64,000 nucleotides of DNA from Eledone cirrhosa. Lineage: Eukaryota. The stretch covers positions 37,448,001 through 37,512,000 of the forward strand of contig OZ024753.1 in assembly GCA_964016885.1 (NCBI GenBank). The letters are read 5' to 3'. Below the pieces are notes generated by a model. It saw only the letters and a list, made by a program, of their open reading frames with translations, searched no databases and was not told the DNA's origin. Position numbers and translations under genes: made by a program. The stretch's first letter is position 1; each line of letters begins with the position of its first letter. This document shows positions 13,865 through 27,960 of this stretch, one piece after another.

Positions 13865-14154
13865 TTAGTCGTGACTATCAATTTACCGAACGTGTCGTAT
13901 CAGTGAAACAAGATTAAACAACAGAAGCCGAGAGGTTAACTAAGATTTAAGCACGTGTGACCGGTTGATAGCTGCCTTAAAATGATTGCCATCGCTATCT
14001 AATCTGCGGCTAACGTGTTAGTGTTTAGTGTTAAGGCTTTACATACTAACATGGACCACAGTTATGAATGGGAAGAAACACCAAACTTAGAGAGGCTTCG
14101 TTCATTCAGCTGAAATATTCGCATACACAGGCTGACTTCCAGATATCACATGGG

Positions 14155-14280
<126 letters not shown>

Positions 14281-14291
14281 TATATATATAT

Positions 14292-14603
14292 ATTGGTAAA
14301 CGGAATAGAAAATGCTGACAAATTGTTCACAGTTGAAAAATGGTTTAATTAGGAATAAATATCAGATCAGAGCAAACAGCACGGACACTCTATCTCAAAA
14401 TTATTTTTGAAAAGCATTTAGAAATGCGCAACCGGTAAAAACTTAAAAACTTAAAACCACAACTGAATACTAACCCATACAATCACTAATACTCTTTTAT
14501 TCCTAATTAAACCATTTTTCAACTGTGAACAATTTGTCAGCATTTTCTATTCCGTTTACCAATATATAATAACTTGTGTGTTACACCTCTATTCTTTTAA
14601 CTA
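14292..14603 (+). mobile_element. Fold-back PLE terminal element, family E, in (TA)n
   Basis: Perfect ~68-bp inverted arms (14292-14359 and 14496-14563) plus a ~40-bp tail. Second copy at 36567-36935. Confidence 0.8.
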
Positions 14604-14691
14604 TATATATATATATATGTATATATATGGGGGGGGGGGGGTTGGAGATACACGTTTCAAATTTCAAATTTTTCCAATGCTTTTTCACTAC

Positions 14692-14756
<65 letters not shown>

Positions 14757-14889
14757 TATTTATTTATATATATGTATGTATATATATATATATATATAAG
14801 TATCTATGTATATGTATATACATAGATATATACTTACAATACTTATATATACATATATATACATACATATGTGTGTGTATATATATATA

Positions 14890-15005
<116 letters not shown>

Positions 15006-15011
15006 TATACA

Positions 15012-15166
<155 letters not shown>

Positions 15167-15234
15167 TAGTTTACACGAGAGAAACATACGTACTTGTAGG
15201 TGTGTATATATATATATATGTGTATGTATGCATA

Positions 15235-15279
<45 letters not shown>

Positions 15280-15303
15280 GTATGCGCGCGTGTGTATGTG
15301 TAG

Positions 15304-15339
<36 letters not shown>

Positions 15340-15465
15340 ATGTGTATGCGTGTGTGTATATTTGTGTTTGTGTTTTTCCTGTGTATATATGTATATATGT
15401 GTATGTATGTATGTGTGTGTGTGTGTATATATGTGTGTGTGTGTGTGTATGTGTATGCGCACACA

Positions 15466-15512
<47 letters not shown>

Positions 15513-15659
15513 ATATGTGTGTGAATGTGTAGGTGTGCACACACACACACACACACACATATGTATATATGTATGTATATATATATAAGTATATATGTAT
15601 GTGTGTGTGTAAGTGTTTTTGTATGTGGTTGTGAGCATGTAAATATATTTTATTCTTTC

Positions 15660-16215
15660 CATCCTACTATAACACTCTGGCCACCTGTGGCTTGTATGTT
15701 AACTTGACCACTCACCCCAGTCTGTGCCATGATTCGGTCTCGTTAAATGTTTAATTTCTATTACCAACCCACCTAAAAATGTCCCTACTATATATCTGTT
15801 GAATTACTATTCTTGGGGTTTTTATTTATTTATTTTTTATTTATTTCTTTATTTATTTTATTTATTTATTCATTTATCTATTTATTTATTCATTTATTTA
15901 TTTATTTACTTATTTATTTATTTCAAAAAAGCACTCTGGCTAATTGACCACTCCCCATAGAAAAAACGGCCTGTGCCATGAAGTGGTCCTGTGTATCTAA
16001 ATACCCCCCCCCCCCCATCCACCACCCCTCCCTTGCCACTACCTAAATGTATAAATACCAGAACTTAATATGACACCCAGCTTCCTGAAGATTTCATCTG
16101 AATGAAACAGTACTAGTCCTGTAGAAGCTCCTTCTATAAAATAAAAAAATTTTACTCTGCCATGTATTGAGTACCTTACTTACTGTGGTTATCCCCGACT
16201 CAACCCGGGACCTAC

Positions 16216-16217
<2 letters not shown>
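15660..16217 (+). mobile_element. PLE terminal-repeat region, family D
   Basis: TATAAATA at ~16050, hammerhead at 16079, and tail GTATTGAGTACCTTACTTACTGTGGTTATCCCCGA shared with 35545-35670, 53835-53872, 55905-56035 and 63685-63800. Ends in (TA)n. Confidence 0.6.
16079..16129 (+). ncRNA. Type I hammerhead ribozyme
   Basis: AGCTTC-CTGAAGA-tTTCatctGAAt-GAAA-CAG-tactagtc-CTG-TA-GAAGCT: 6-bp stem I, full core, stem III, GUA cleavage triplet. Confidence 0.75.
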
Positions 16218-16251
<34 letters not shown>

Positions 16252-17127
16252 CTCTCTATATTAAAAACATACCTTCCTGTTGGTTGATCCTTCAGAACTG
16301 ACATCTATTAAGATAAGAATTAATCAAAGATGTCTCTCCACCATTCTCAATGTTTATTTATTATTCATTTAAAGTAAATGTGAAGAAAGAATCTTTCATG
16401 TTTGAAATATTAATAGTTTCACTAACGAACAACACAAATGATAGCCATAACATTGCTGTTCATGTCTTTATTTATGTTAATATTTCACAGATTAGGCGTC
16501 TCGCTCAACGGTTAGGGTATTTGGCTCTCGAGTATAAGGTCGTGAGTTTGATGTTTATCGGTGGTTATATAAAGTTAACAGGGCGATCAATGGGAAAGTA
16601 TCACATATTTAATATACAGCTGAAAATGATATCTCATAGAAGCAGTAAATACGGGTAATTATGTCTAAAGAACACGAAAGCCATAAGTTCTATTTCCGGC
16701 GGTGAGATGTGTTCTTGAGCATAACACTTTATTCCATGTTGATCCAAGTTCAGCCAGCTTTATATCACACTGTGTCATGCTGAATCTCCCTGAGAACTAC
16801 GCTATAGGCGTATGTCTCAGTGGAATGCTTGGCCGATCTATTCATATTTAGCCAGCTTTGGGTTTCATTTATTTAACGTGTCTGTGAATGACATATACCC
16901 AAATCTGATATAATATATATATTATATTTGTGTTAGAGGCAAGGCTATCAAATTTAAAGTGTGCACAGGAAAAGCAGGAAAAACTCCAATGCAATATAGT
17001 GCATTTCATGGGAATGTTTCATTTTAAAGCGCAGTAGCAGTTGTGCATAAATATACAACTTCCTGTTCTGCAATTCCAACCATTTCACCTTGTTATTGAT
17101 CTAGATCATGTTCCTTGCATAATTGAA

Positions 17128-17425
17128 ATAATTGTTTCTACTTTAGGCACAAGGCCAGCAATTACCCAGTACATTGCTGGTACTTTATTTTATCGACCCC
17201 GTAAGGATGAAAGGCAAAGTCAACCTCGGCGGGATTTGAACTCAGATTGCATAATTGAAATAATTGTTTCTACGTTAGGCACAAGGCCAGCAATTACCCA
17301 GTGTATTACTGGCACTTTATTTTATCGACCCCGTAAGGATGAAAGGCAAAGTTAACCTCGGCGGGATTTGAACTCAGAATAGCAAGGGCCGTAACTCTAT
17401 GCGTCAAAGCATGGCGTCCGACCCT
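17128..17425 (-). mobile_element. Young SINE with tandem partial duplication (17128-17246 and 17259-17425)
   Basis: TTGCATAATTGAAATAATTGTTTCTAC...GAACTCAGA repeated with a ~131 bp period. Confidence 0.85.
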
Positions 17426-17572
17426 CTACCGATACTGCCAATCCAATGCAGAAAGGTCAGACAAGGAGGAATTCAGCACCATTAAATTTCTACTGCACCA
17501 GCCAGCCAAGATACACACTTAGACAAATAAAGAAAATAAGCTGACTACATTTTTTGTTGTGCGTGTTTGATT

Positions 17573-17654
17573 AATTGTTTCTACTTTAGGCACAAGGCCA
17601 GCAATTACCCAGTGTATTACTGGTACTTTATTTTATCGACCCCGTAAGGATGAA
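17573..17654 (-). mobile_element. Young SINE, 3' fragment
   Basis: Matches the SINE 3' half. Confidence 0.8.
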
Positions 17655-17687
17655 TTGATTAATAGCATGGCTACACTAGCATCTTGT

Positions 17688-17884
17688 GAAGGCGCATGGC
17701 TTAGGGGTTAGAGCATCGGGATAATAATGGTGAGGTTGTCAGTTCGATTTTCGGACTCGGCCTTGCGTTGTGTCTTTGAGCAAGACACTTTATTTCACGT
17801 TGCTCCAGTTCACTCAGCTATAGAAATGAGTTGCGACGTCACTGGGATCAAGCTATAACGGTCTTTGCCTTTCCCTTGGATAAA
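17688..17884 (+). mobile_element. tRNA-derived CORE-like SINE
   Basis: GGCGCATGGCTTAGGGGTTAGAGC (A box), AGTTCGATT (B box), GTTGTGTCTTTGAGCAAGACACTTTATTTCACGTTGCTCCAG core. Confidence 0.7.
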
Positions 17885-18090
17885 CTAGTATCTTACATAC
17901 TACTGATGCGAGAAATTTCGAGGATTTTGTAAATGCTTACAATCGTATTTCTTTTTGTATAATATGACTTCTGTTTCGGAAACTATGATATGAGATTACT
18001 GTACAGTCATGTCTATGTAAATGACTTTGTAAAGTTGTACCATGTTATCCATCAAAGTGTCGCTCTCACACATATATGTTACACTATATA

Positions 18091-18168
<78 letters not shown>

Positions 18169-18303
18169 AAAGAATAGCTATGAGAAATCGGTTCTGAAAT
18201 CAATTTTGATATTCTAAAATATTCTTTTTAAAAGATTAGTTAGTTCACTTTTAGCCACCGAGATTTTGATACAAACACTTCGTGGAGTGTATTCCTCTCG
18301 TGT

Positions 18304-18530
18304 TTAACCCTTTAACATTTAAACCGGTCATATCTGACCAGAATTCTCTCACCTCTTACTGTTCAAACCGACTGTAACCGGCCACTCATACTGATATTAA
18401 GGTATTGTTCTCAAAATAAATAATTTCAAAATCCCAGATTCGATATTATGTGACATAATTATGTGAAGTAGAGTCTTCACCGTGAAAATATAATAGTAAA
18501 TATAGAGTAATATAAATGCCAAAGGGTTAA
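18304..18530. mobile_element. piggyBac-type MITE
   Basis: TTAA-CCCTTTAACATTTA ... TAAATGCCAAAGGG-TTAA: TTAA target duplication and CCC/GGG termini. Confidence 0.75.
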
Positions 18531-18719
18531 ACATCAAAGAATTATACGAGGCCAGGATTTTGTGGGCTGTAAGGAGCCAACTCTGAAATGTAATAAAATA
18601 GTTAGGCTTCGTCTAAAGTAATCTCATTTAAACAACTACTTACAGTAATCTCTACTACGAAATATTATATCATATTTACATATATACATACATATACATA
18701 TACCTACATACATAAATAC

Positions 18720-18798
<79 letters not shown>

Positions 18799-18803
18799 CA
18801 TAC

Positions 18804-18893
<90 letters not shown>

Positions 18894-18937
18894 GTATATA
18901 TATATATATGTATATATATACATACATATATACATAC

Positions 18938-18970
<33 letters not shown>

Positions 18971-18971
18971 C

Positions 18972-19100
18972 AATATTAAATAAATGGAAAACTATATTTA
19001 TAAAACCATATTTATTTCATTATATATATTTCGGGGATATCAATTTTATATCAGTTATAAATATTTACTAGTTGTAACCCAACAATTTTAAATATAACTT

Positions 19101-19103
<3 letters not shown>
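18972..19103. mobile_element. PLE terminal element, family B (inverted ribozyme half joined to tail) in (TA)n
   Basis: 18972-19041 is the reverse complement of the family B ribozyme 3' half and repeat end. 19045-19103 is the tail in the opposite orientation. Confidence 0.75.
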
Positions 19104-19173
<70 letters not shown>

Positions 19174-19208
19174 GTATATATATGTATATATATATATATA
19201 TATATATA

Positions 19209-19380
<172 letters not shown>

Positions 19381-19390
19381 CATACATACA

Positions 19391-19462
<72 letters not shown>

Positions 19463-19472
19463 CATACATACA

Positions 19473-19514
<42 letters not shown>

Positions 19515-19520
19515 CATACA

Positions 19521-19586
<66 letters not shown>

Positions 19587-19960
19587 TGTATGAATTATAT
19601 ATATTTCTGAATATATATATATGTGTATGCATATAATAAATGCAATATAAATGAAGACATTTTCCTTCCTCATTTTATTTACAGATAAAAAAATAAGCTC
19701 ATAAAACTACGGCAAGCAACGTCTGTTTTTTTATATTCCATATGAAATTCAATATACTTTCCACTTGTTTAAAAGTTTTATATGACAATACATAATTTGC
19801 TTTTAAGTGGCAACATAAATAACTGATTGTTAAAATCATAGATAGGAGGTAAGTACAACACCGAATCTACTATTAGCAGCTGCACCCTAGAGAGGTGCAT
19901 TACTGAAGATAAAGGATCACAATTTTAGATAAACTTGTACACACACACATATACCTATAT

Positions 19961-20280
19961 ATGATGACATATTTAATAATATATTACATATGTTTCACTA
20001 TCGATCAACTTGAGGAAAGACCTATTACAGATCGAACCTGACTCTGTAATTGAAAGATCGTCAGATATGCATTTCCTATGTGATCTCGTCTCCGATTGTA
20101 TGCGTGAAGATCTTTAGCTATTAGCTATCTACAGCGCACACACACACACACACACACAAACAAACAATCATGTACATATATATGTGTTTCAATTACAGAG
20201 TGAAGTTCGATCTATAATAGGTCTTTCCCCGAGTTGATCGATAGTGAGATATATGTAATATGTTATTAAATGTCATCATG
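19961..20280. repeat. Diverged ~95-bp inverted repeat (MITE-like)
   Basis: ATGATGACATATTTAATAA...CTCTGTAATTGAAA (19961-20055) is complementary to 20187-20279, with several substitutions. Confidence 0.75.
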
Positions 20281-20312
20281 CAACACTAAATCTTTGTTCC
20301 TTTACTCTTATA

Positions 20313-20359
<47 letters not shown>

Positions 20360-20456
20360 TGTGCGTGTGTGTGTATATGTGTCTGTGCACGCGCGTGTGT
20401 ATGTGCCTGTGTGTTTCTGTGTGTGCCTGTGTGTGCCTGCGTGTGCCTCTCCCTCT

Positions 20457-20557
<101 letters not shown>

Positions 20558-20857
20558 TGTGTGTGTAATGCCATTATTTTATGGTTTAAGTGGCTTACCA
20601 TTCCATTACGTAAGGTTTCTCGCCTCAGTGATAACATCGAAGAATTTTAAACATACAATTAATTAATTAAACACATAATTATATACATACACGTGATCAC
20701 AAAACTAATCCTGTTTTAGCTCACTTAGAGGAATAAAACATATTCCAGGAGTTTACTGACTCCAGACATAAATTTTATTAAGCACTTTTCGCTGTATTCC
20801 ACAAAAATGAATAAAAGTGTGTGTGTATATATGTGTGTACATTATATACGTCTATGA

Positions 20858-20925
<68 letters not shown>

Positions 20926-20955
20926 AGATCAAAAGATGGTTAAAGGAGTTCAATA

Positions 20956-21026
20956 TATTTTATTATGCGCATTTCAAAAACAAACATCATCAAACAATAA
21001 TATTTGTGTTTTCATCAGATAAAACA
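20956..21026 (-). ncRNA. Type I hammerhead ribozyme (left-arm copy)
   Basis: Reverse complement of 24803-24873. Confidence 0.8.
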
Positions 21027-22218
21027 GGAGAGCATGATATGAAGGCTAAAAAAACACTTGTTGATAGTGCAGTTTTAAATCAACATATGAAAAGTGGTTT
21101 TAGATTGATGTGTGATATTGGGAAAAATATTTTATTTAGAGAGGGGGGGAGAGAAAAGGATGAAAAGGGAGATGAGAGGGAGAGATGGGTGATAGAGAGA
21201 AAGAGATAGTTTTTATAACTGAGAGGAGATATATTTTATATAGAGGGGTTGAAAACCGTTGGAAGATACTGTATAAATTAAAAATTTTGAAAATTAACGA
21301 AGGGAGGATATGTGCGAGGAAAAAATATATTATAATTAGGGAGGGGGGGGGGAGGATGAAAAAAAGGGGAGGAGATGAGAGTGAAGGTGGAAAGGGAGAG
21401 ATGGGTGATAGAGAGAAAGAGATAGTTTTTATAACTGAGAAAAGATATAATGTTTTAATATAGAGAGGTTGGGAACCGTTGGAAGATAATGTATAAATTA
21501 AAGGAATTTGAAAATTAACGAAGGGAAATTATGTATGGAGATAGAGAGAAAAAAATAATAATTGTGGGTGAATATTCTAACGTCAAAAGAAGAAATGTAG
21601 GAATTTTAAAATTAGCAAAGAGAAAAAGTTTATGTGTAGAAGGATTTGAGAAAAATAATGTGAAGTTAAAGTTTGTATATTGAATTCATATGTATTAATA
21701 ATGAGTTCGTTGATGGGGAGAAAAAAATAATAATAATAAATTAAGGATGAAATTGAGATTAAAAAGATTTATGATAGAGAGAAAAAATAATAATGATTGC
21801 GGATGAATACTCAAAATGTCAAAAACAAATGTTATTGTTTTACGAGGAGATAGAATGAGGGTGATGAGTAAACGGGTATTATAGAGTGTATAATGCCCTT
21901 TAAAGTAAGGTAGATGGGTATATTTTAAAGAATATATGAGTATATATTAAAAAAAAATATATAATAATAAATTAAGGATGAAATTGAGATTAAAAAGATT
22001 TATGATAGAGGGAAAAAAATATTAATGATTGCGGATGAATATTCAAAATGTCAAAAACAAATGTTATTGTTTTACGAGAAGATAGGATGAGGGTAATGAG
22101 TAAACGAGTATTATAGAGTGTATAATGCCCTTTAAAGTAAGGTAGATGGGTATATTTTAAAGAGGTGTATGTATATGTGCCTTTGAGAAAAGATTCTAAA
22201 TTGATAAAGAATTGAATA

Positions 22219-22980
22219 TTAACTGTATACTTTGTGAAAAGTTCTATGGAATTTATGCAGGCAGATGGAAAACAAATCCAAGCGTCTATTTATTATGGAT
22301 TCTAGGTTAGAGATAATGGTAAATTTTTCATTTAGGCAGAGATTACAGATTTTAGATAGAGAGCTGTTCAAGTACGAGGATGCAGAAGAAATCTTTTTCC
22401 AAAAGATGTTATATTTAATGTTTTTGTCTTTTAAGGACCATATGAGTTCTGAGAGAGCAGTGTTAGTTCTTTTAAGTTTGTATTTGAAAGATGAATGATG
22501 ATTATAGAGACGAGCTTTAAAAGAGGTGGAAGTGGAGCCAAAATAGGTGAAGGAATTGGTGCTAGTTATAATTTTACATTCATAAATTAAGTTTTTATCG
22601 AGGCAATGGTTGTTGAGAGGACATTTATTTTTAATGCGGCAGTTGCAATTAGAGAGATTATTAATGAGTGATCTAGTGTTATCTATAGAAGGAATTGGAT
22701 TGGAGAAGTTGTTTGCGATAGGAATAATAGGAATAATAGTTTCTTGATTTAGAGTTGGATTATGAACATTTAGCGAAGTTGTGTTTGACGTTGCATTTGG
22801 GTTTACAGAAGTTAGCCTAGGGTTTACAATGACGTCAGGAGTACTATTATTGTTATTATGAAATTCAATATTGGAAGGAAGAGATTTAGTATTTAATATT
22901 TTGTTGTTGTGTTTAGAGATGATGTTGGAAATATTGGAGGATGTAGAATACGAAAATTTGATGGTGTGTTTGTTAAATAC
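22219..22980 (-). CDS. PLE ORF C-terminal part (linker plus GIY-YIG endonuclease), 5'-truncated, no start codon
   Basis: Open frame VFNKHTIKFSYSTSSNISNIISKHNNKIL...CNCRIKNKCPLNNHCLDKNLIYECKI...YFGSTSTSFKARLYNHHSSF...CNLCLNEK. FNxxTxKxSYS and the Cys/GIY-YIG motifs are PLE-typical. Confidence 0.85.
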   Translation of the reverse strand, partial: VFNKHTIKFSYSTSSNISNIISKHNNKILNTKSLPSNIEFHNNNNSTPDVIVNPRLTSVNPNATSNTTSLNVHNPTLNQETIIPIIPIANNFSNPIPSIDNTRSLINNLSNCNCRIKNKCPLNNHCLDKNLIYECKIITSTNSFTYFGSTSTSFKARLYNHHSSFKYKLKRTNTALSELIWSLKDKNIKYNIFWKKISSASSYLNSSLSKICNLCLNEKFTIISNLESIINRRLDLFSICLHKFHRTFHKVYS

Positions 22981-22988
22981 ACCATCAA

Positions 22989-23609
22989 ATGATGGTCATT
23001 GTAAACCCTAGGCTAACTTCTGTAAACCCAAATGCAACGTCAAACACAACTTCGCTAAATGTTCATAATCCAACTCTAAATCAAGAAACTATTATTCCTA
23101 TTATTCCTATCGCAAACAACTTCTCCAATCCAATTCCTTCTATAGATAACACTAGATCACTCATTAATAATCTCTCTAATTGCAACTGCCGCATTAAAAA
23201 TAAATGTCCTCTCAACAACCATTGCCTCGATAAAAACTTAATTTATGAATGTAAAATTATAACTAGCACCAATTCCTTCACCTATTTTGGCTCCACTTCC
23301 ACCTCTTTTAAAGCTCGTCTCTATAATCATCATTCATCTTTCAAATACAAACTTAAAAGAACTAACACTGCTCTCTCAGAACTCATATGGTCCTTAAAAG
23401 ACAAAAACATTAAATATAACATCTTTTGGAAAAAGATTTCTTCTGCATCCTCGTACTTGAACAGCTCTCTATCTAAAATCTGTAATCTCTGCCTAAATGA
23501 AAAATTTACCATTATCTCTAACCTAGAATCCATAATAAATAGACGCTCGGATTTGTTTTCCATCTGCCTGCATAAATTCCATAGAACTTTTCACAAAGTA
23601 TACAGTTAA
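22989..23609 (+). CDS. PLE GIY-YIG endonuclease domain (206 aa); start codon created at the inversion junction
   Basis: ORF track: CNC..CPL..C, NLIY, YFGST..F..R..NH, CNLC..EK, NRRS..C.H motifs. Confidence 0.85.
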   Translation: MMVIVNPRLTSVNPNATSNTTSLNVHNPTLNQETIIPIIPIANNFSNPIPSIDNTRSLINNLSNCNCRIKNKCPLNNHCLDKNLIYECKIITSTNSFTYFGSTSTSFKARLYNHHSSFKYKLKRTNTALSELIWSLKDKNIKYNIFWKKISSASSYLNSSLSKICNLCLNEKFTIISNLESIINRRSDLFSICLHKFHRTFHKVYS

Positions 23610-24802
23610 TATTCAATTCTTTATCAATTTAGAATCTTTTCTCAAAGGCACATATACATACACCTCTTTAAAATATACCCATCTACCTTACTTTAAAGGG
23701 CATTATACACTCTATAATACTCGTTTACTCATTACCCTCATCCTATCTTCTCGTAAAACAATAACATTTGTTTTTGACATTTTGAATATTCATCCGCAAT
23801 CATTAATATTTTTTTCCCTCTATCATAAATCTTTTTAATCTCAATTTCATCCTTAATTTATTATTATATATTTTTTTAATATATACTCATATATTCTTTA
23901 AAATATACCCATCTACCTTACTTTAAAGGGCATTATACACTCTATAATACCCGTTTACTCATCACCCTCATTCTATCTCCTCGTAAAACAATAACATTTG
24001 TTTTTGACATTTTGAGTATTCATCCGCAATCATTATTATTTTTTCTCTCTATCATAAATCTTTTTAATCTCAATTTCATCCTTAATTTATTATTATTATT
24101 TTTTTCTCCCCATCAACGAACTCATTATTAATACATATGAATTCAATATACAAACTTTAACTTCACATTATTTTTCTCAAATCCTTCTACACATAAACTT
24201 TTTCTCTTTGCTAATTTTAAAATTCCTATATTTCTTCTTTTGACGTTAGAATATTCACCCACAATTATTATTTTTTTCTCTCTATCTCCATACATAATTT
24301 CCCTTCGTTCATTTTCAAATTCCTTTAATTTATACATTATCTTCCAACGGTTCCCAACCTCTCTATATTAAAACATTATATCTTTTCTCAGTTATAAAAA
24401 CTATCTCTTTCTCTCTATCACCCATCTCTCCCTTTCCACCTTCACTCTCATCTCCTCCCCTTTTTTTCATCCTTCCCCCCCCCCCTCCCTAATTATAATA
24501 TATTTTTTCCTCGCACATATCCTCCCTTCGTTAATTTTCAAAATTTTTAATTTATACAGTATCTTCCAACGGTTTTCAACCCCTCTATATAAAATATATC
24601 TCCTCTCAGTTATAAAAACTATCTCTTTCTCTCTATCACCCATCTCTCCCTCTCATCTCCCTTTTCATCCTTTTCTCTCCCCCCCTCTCTAAATAAAATA
24701 TTTTTCCCAATATCACACATCAATCTAAAACCACTTTTCATATGTTGATTTAAAACTGCACTATCAACAAGTGTTTTTTTTAGCCTTCATATCATGTTCT
24801 CC

Positions 24803-24873
24803 TGTTTTATCTGATGAAAACACAAATATTATTGTTTGATGATGTTTGTTTTTGAAATGCGCATAATAAAATA
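24803..24873 (+). ncRNA. Type I hammerhead ribozyme
   Basis: TGTTTTAT-CTGATGA-(~16-bp stem II with G-U pairs)-GAAA-TGCGCA-TA-ATAAAATA, with a palindromic ATGCGCAT stem III typical of PLE dimeric hammerheads. Confidence 0.85.
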
Positions 24874-25022
24874 TATTGAACTCCTTTAACCATCTTTTGA
24901 TCTTATATTATGCATACTCCAGTCCCACAAACTGTAGAGTGCTTCTTATCCGATATTTGCATTGCTTTATTGTACTACAATAAAACTCACCTCCTACATA
25001 TATATATATATATATATATGTA

Positions 25023-25381
<359 letters not shown>

Positions 25382-25396
25382 ATATATATATATATT

Positions 25397-25429
<33 letters not shown>

Positions 25430-25430
<1 letters not shown>

Positions 25431-25512
25431 TATTCTGTCTCTTATATATTCCATGTGCCATTACCAACCTCAATTTTCTCTATAACCTTCGTTTTGTGTA
25501 GAAAATTACACT

Positions 25513-25517
<5 letters not shown>
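25430..25517 (+). mobile_element. PLE family G 3' end and tail fragment
   Basis: Matches 61787-61873. Confidence 0.75.
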
Positions 25518-25553
<36 letters not shown>

Positions 25554-25674
25554 TATATAGGTATATATATATAAATGTAAGTATGTAAGTGCCGTACTAA
25601 GAGTGAGAAATGAAATTTCGTTTCATTCTATTCCATTTATATATATACATATATATATATATATGTGTGTGTAT

Positions 25675-25728
<54 letters not shown>

Positions 25729-25784
25729 TCTATTCCATTCCATTCCATTTATATATATACATATATATATATATGTGTGTGTAT

Positions 25785-25859
<75 letters not shown>

Positions 25860-26134
25860 AATATATACACACATATGTATATATATATATATGCCTGCAT
25901 ATATGTACATACGTATATATGCGTAAATTTAGAATTATAATTATATACATTATCATATAATATGTATAATTAATTATGTGTGTGTGTGTGTGAAATTTAT
26001 TTGTTTTCAAGTAACACAAGTGACCCAAGAACCTAAAGATTCGTGCCAAAACATTTCTCAAACTACATTTATACATATATATAATTATGTACGCATGTGT
26101 GCTCATGTGTGTTTGTGTTGATGCATGTATGCGC

Positions 26135-26211
26135 GCGCGTGTGTGTGTGTGTATGTATGTGTGTATGTCTGGGTGGGTGTATGTATGTGTATGTATGTGT
26201 ATGTATGTGTG

Positions 26212-26244
<33 letters not shown>

Positions 26245-27178
26245 TTGGGTATGTGTGTATGTCTGGGTGTGTGTATGTGTGTGTATGTATGCGTGTATGT
26301 GTGCGTATGTATGTGTGTGTGTGTGTGTTTGGGCATGTGTGTATGTGCGGGTGGGTGTATGTATGTGTATGTATGTGTATGTATGTGTGTGTATGTGTGC
26401 GTGGGTGTGTATGTGTATGGGTATGTGTGTATGTCTGGGTGGGTGTATGTATGTGTATGTATGCGTGTATGTGTGCGTATGTGTGTGTGTGTTTGGGTGG
26501 GTGTATGTATGTGCATGTATGCGTATGTATGTGTGTGTATGTGTGCGTGGGTGTGTGTGTGTATGTCTGGGTGGGTGCATGTATGTGTATGTATGCGTGT
26601 ATGTGTGCTTATGTGTGTGTGTGTTTGGGTATGTGTGTATGTGTATGTATGTGTATGTATGTGTATGTATGTGTATGTATGTGTGCGTGGGTGTGTGTGT
26701 GTTTGGGTATGTGTGTATGTCTGAGTGGGTGTATGTATGTGTATGTATGCATGTATGTGTGCGTATGTGTGTGTGTGTTTGGGTATGTGTGTACGTGCGG
26801 GTGGGTGTATGTATGTGTATGTATGTGTATGTATGCGTGTATGTGTGCGTATGTGTGTGTGTGTGTTTGGGTATGTGTGTATGTGCGGGTGGGTGCATGT
26901 ATGTGTATGTATGCGTGTATGTGTGCGTATGTGTGTGTGTGTATTTGGGTGGGTGTATGTATGTGCATGTATGCGTATGTATGTGTGTGTATGTGTGCGT
27001 ATGTGTGTGTGTGTTTGGGTATGTGTGTATGTCTTGGTGGTGTATGTATGTGTATGTATGCGTGTATGTGTGCGTATGTGTGTGTGTGTGTTTGGGTATG
27101 TGTGTATGTGCGTGTGGGTATATGTATGTGTATGTATGTGTATGTATGTGTATGTATGTGTGTGTTTGGGTGTGTATA
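26135..27178. repeat. GT/GTAT-rich higher-order minisatellite (~70-80 bp unit marked by TTTGGGTATG and GGGTGGGTG)
   Basis: Directly visible. Confidence 0.85.
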
Positions 27179-27523
27179 CACAACTAATCATTTTTTTTGT
27201 CATGTTTGTTATCGTGTTAGCGTTCTCACACAGCTGTTCCTATGTCTACAGTATTTTATATTTTTATTGTTTAAACACATTTTGCAAATAATTAGAGATT
27301 ACCACTAACGAGTCTCCTTCTATTCAACAGATAATTATTCAGGTGTTTTTCATATTTCAAAAAGAAGTAACAACACTTGTTTTAAACCACAGTGTTGTTG
27401 TTGAGCTGGGGTTTATATTTCTAATGCCTTTTTCTTTCTTATCACAAGAAATGATACCCTGTTTCTCCATGGAAAACAGATAAAATCATTGACACTTCAT
27501 GAATATATACTTCACATATATAT

Positions 27524-27600
<77 letters not shown>

Positions 27601-27611
27601 TATATATATAT

Positions 27612-27656
<45 letters not shown>

Positions 27657-27701
27657 TATATATATATATACACACATATATATACACACATATATATATA
27701 T

Positions 27702-27751
<50 letters not shown>

Positions 27752-27754
<3 letters not shown>

Positions 27755-27921
27755 AACGAGTAGGACCCCGACGGCTGAGCTCAAGGTCCAGAATTAGCCG
27801 TCGAAACGGCTTGAGCTCAGCCGTCGGGGTCTTACTTGTTCCTATTACCCACTCTACTACCCTAAGTATTGAGTACTTTGGTGCGTTATGGTCCACCTGG
27901 TTCCTTACCACATTTCCTTCG

Positions 27922-27923
<2 letters not shown>
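27752..27923 (+). mobile_element. Fold-back PLE terminal element, family A
   Basis: Short inverted arm, then GGTCCAGAATTAGCCGTCGAAACGGC..., then tail; in (TA)n. Confidence 0.8.

Positions 27924-27960
<37 letters not shown>

Larger units (their letters stand above)
20919..24998. mobile_element. 5'-truncated Penelope-like element as a ~1.9-kb-arm fold-back (family J) in (TA)n
   Basis: Arms 20919-22833 and 22995-24910 are near-identical reverse complements. There is an ~88-bp tail on the right arm only, a GIY-YIG ORF and hammerhead on both arms, and internal tandem duplications in the UTR. Confidence 0.93.
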
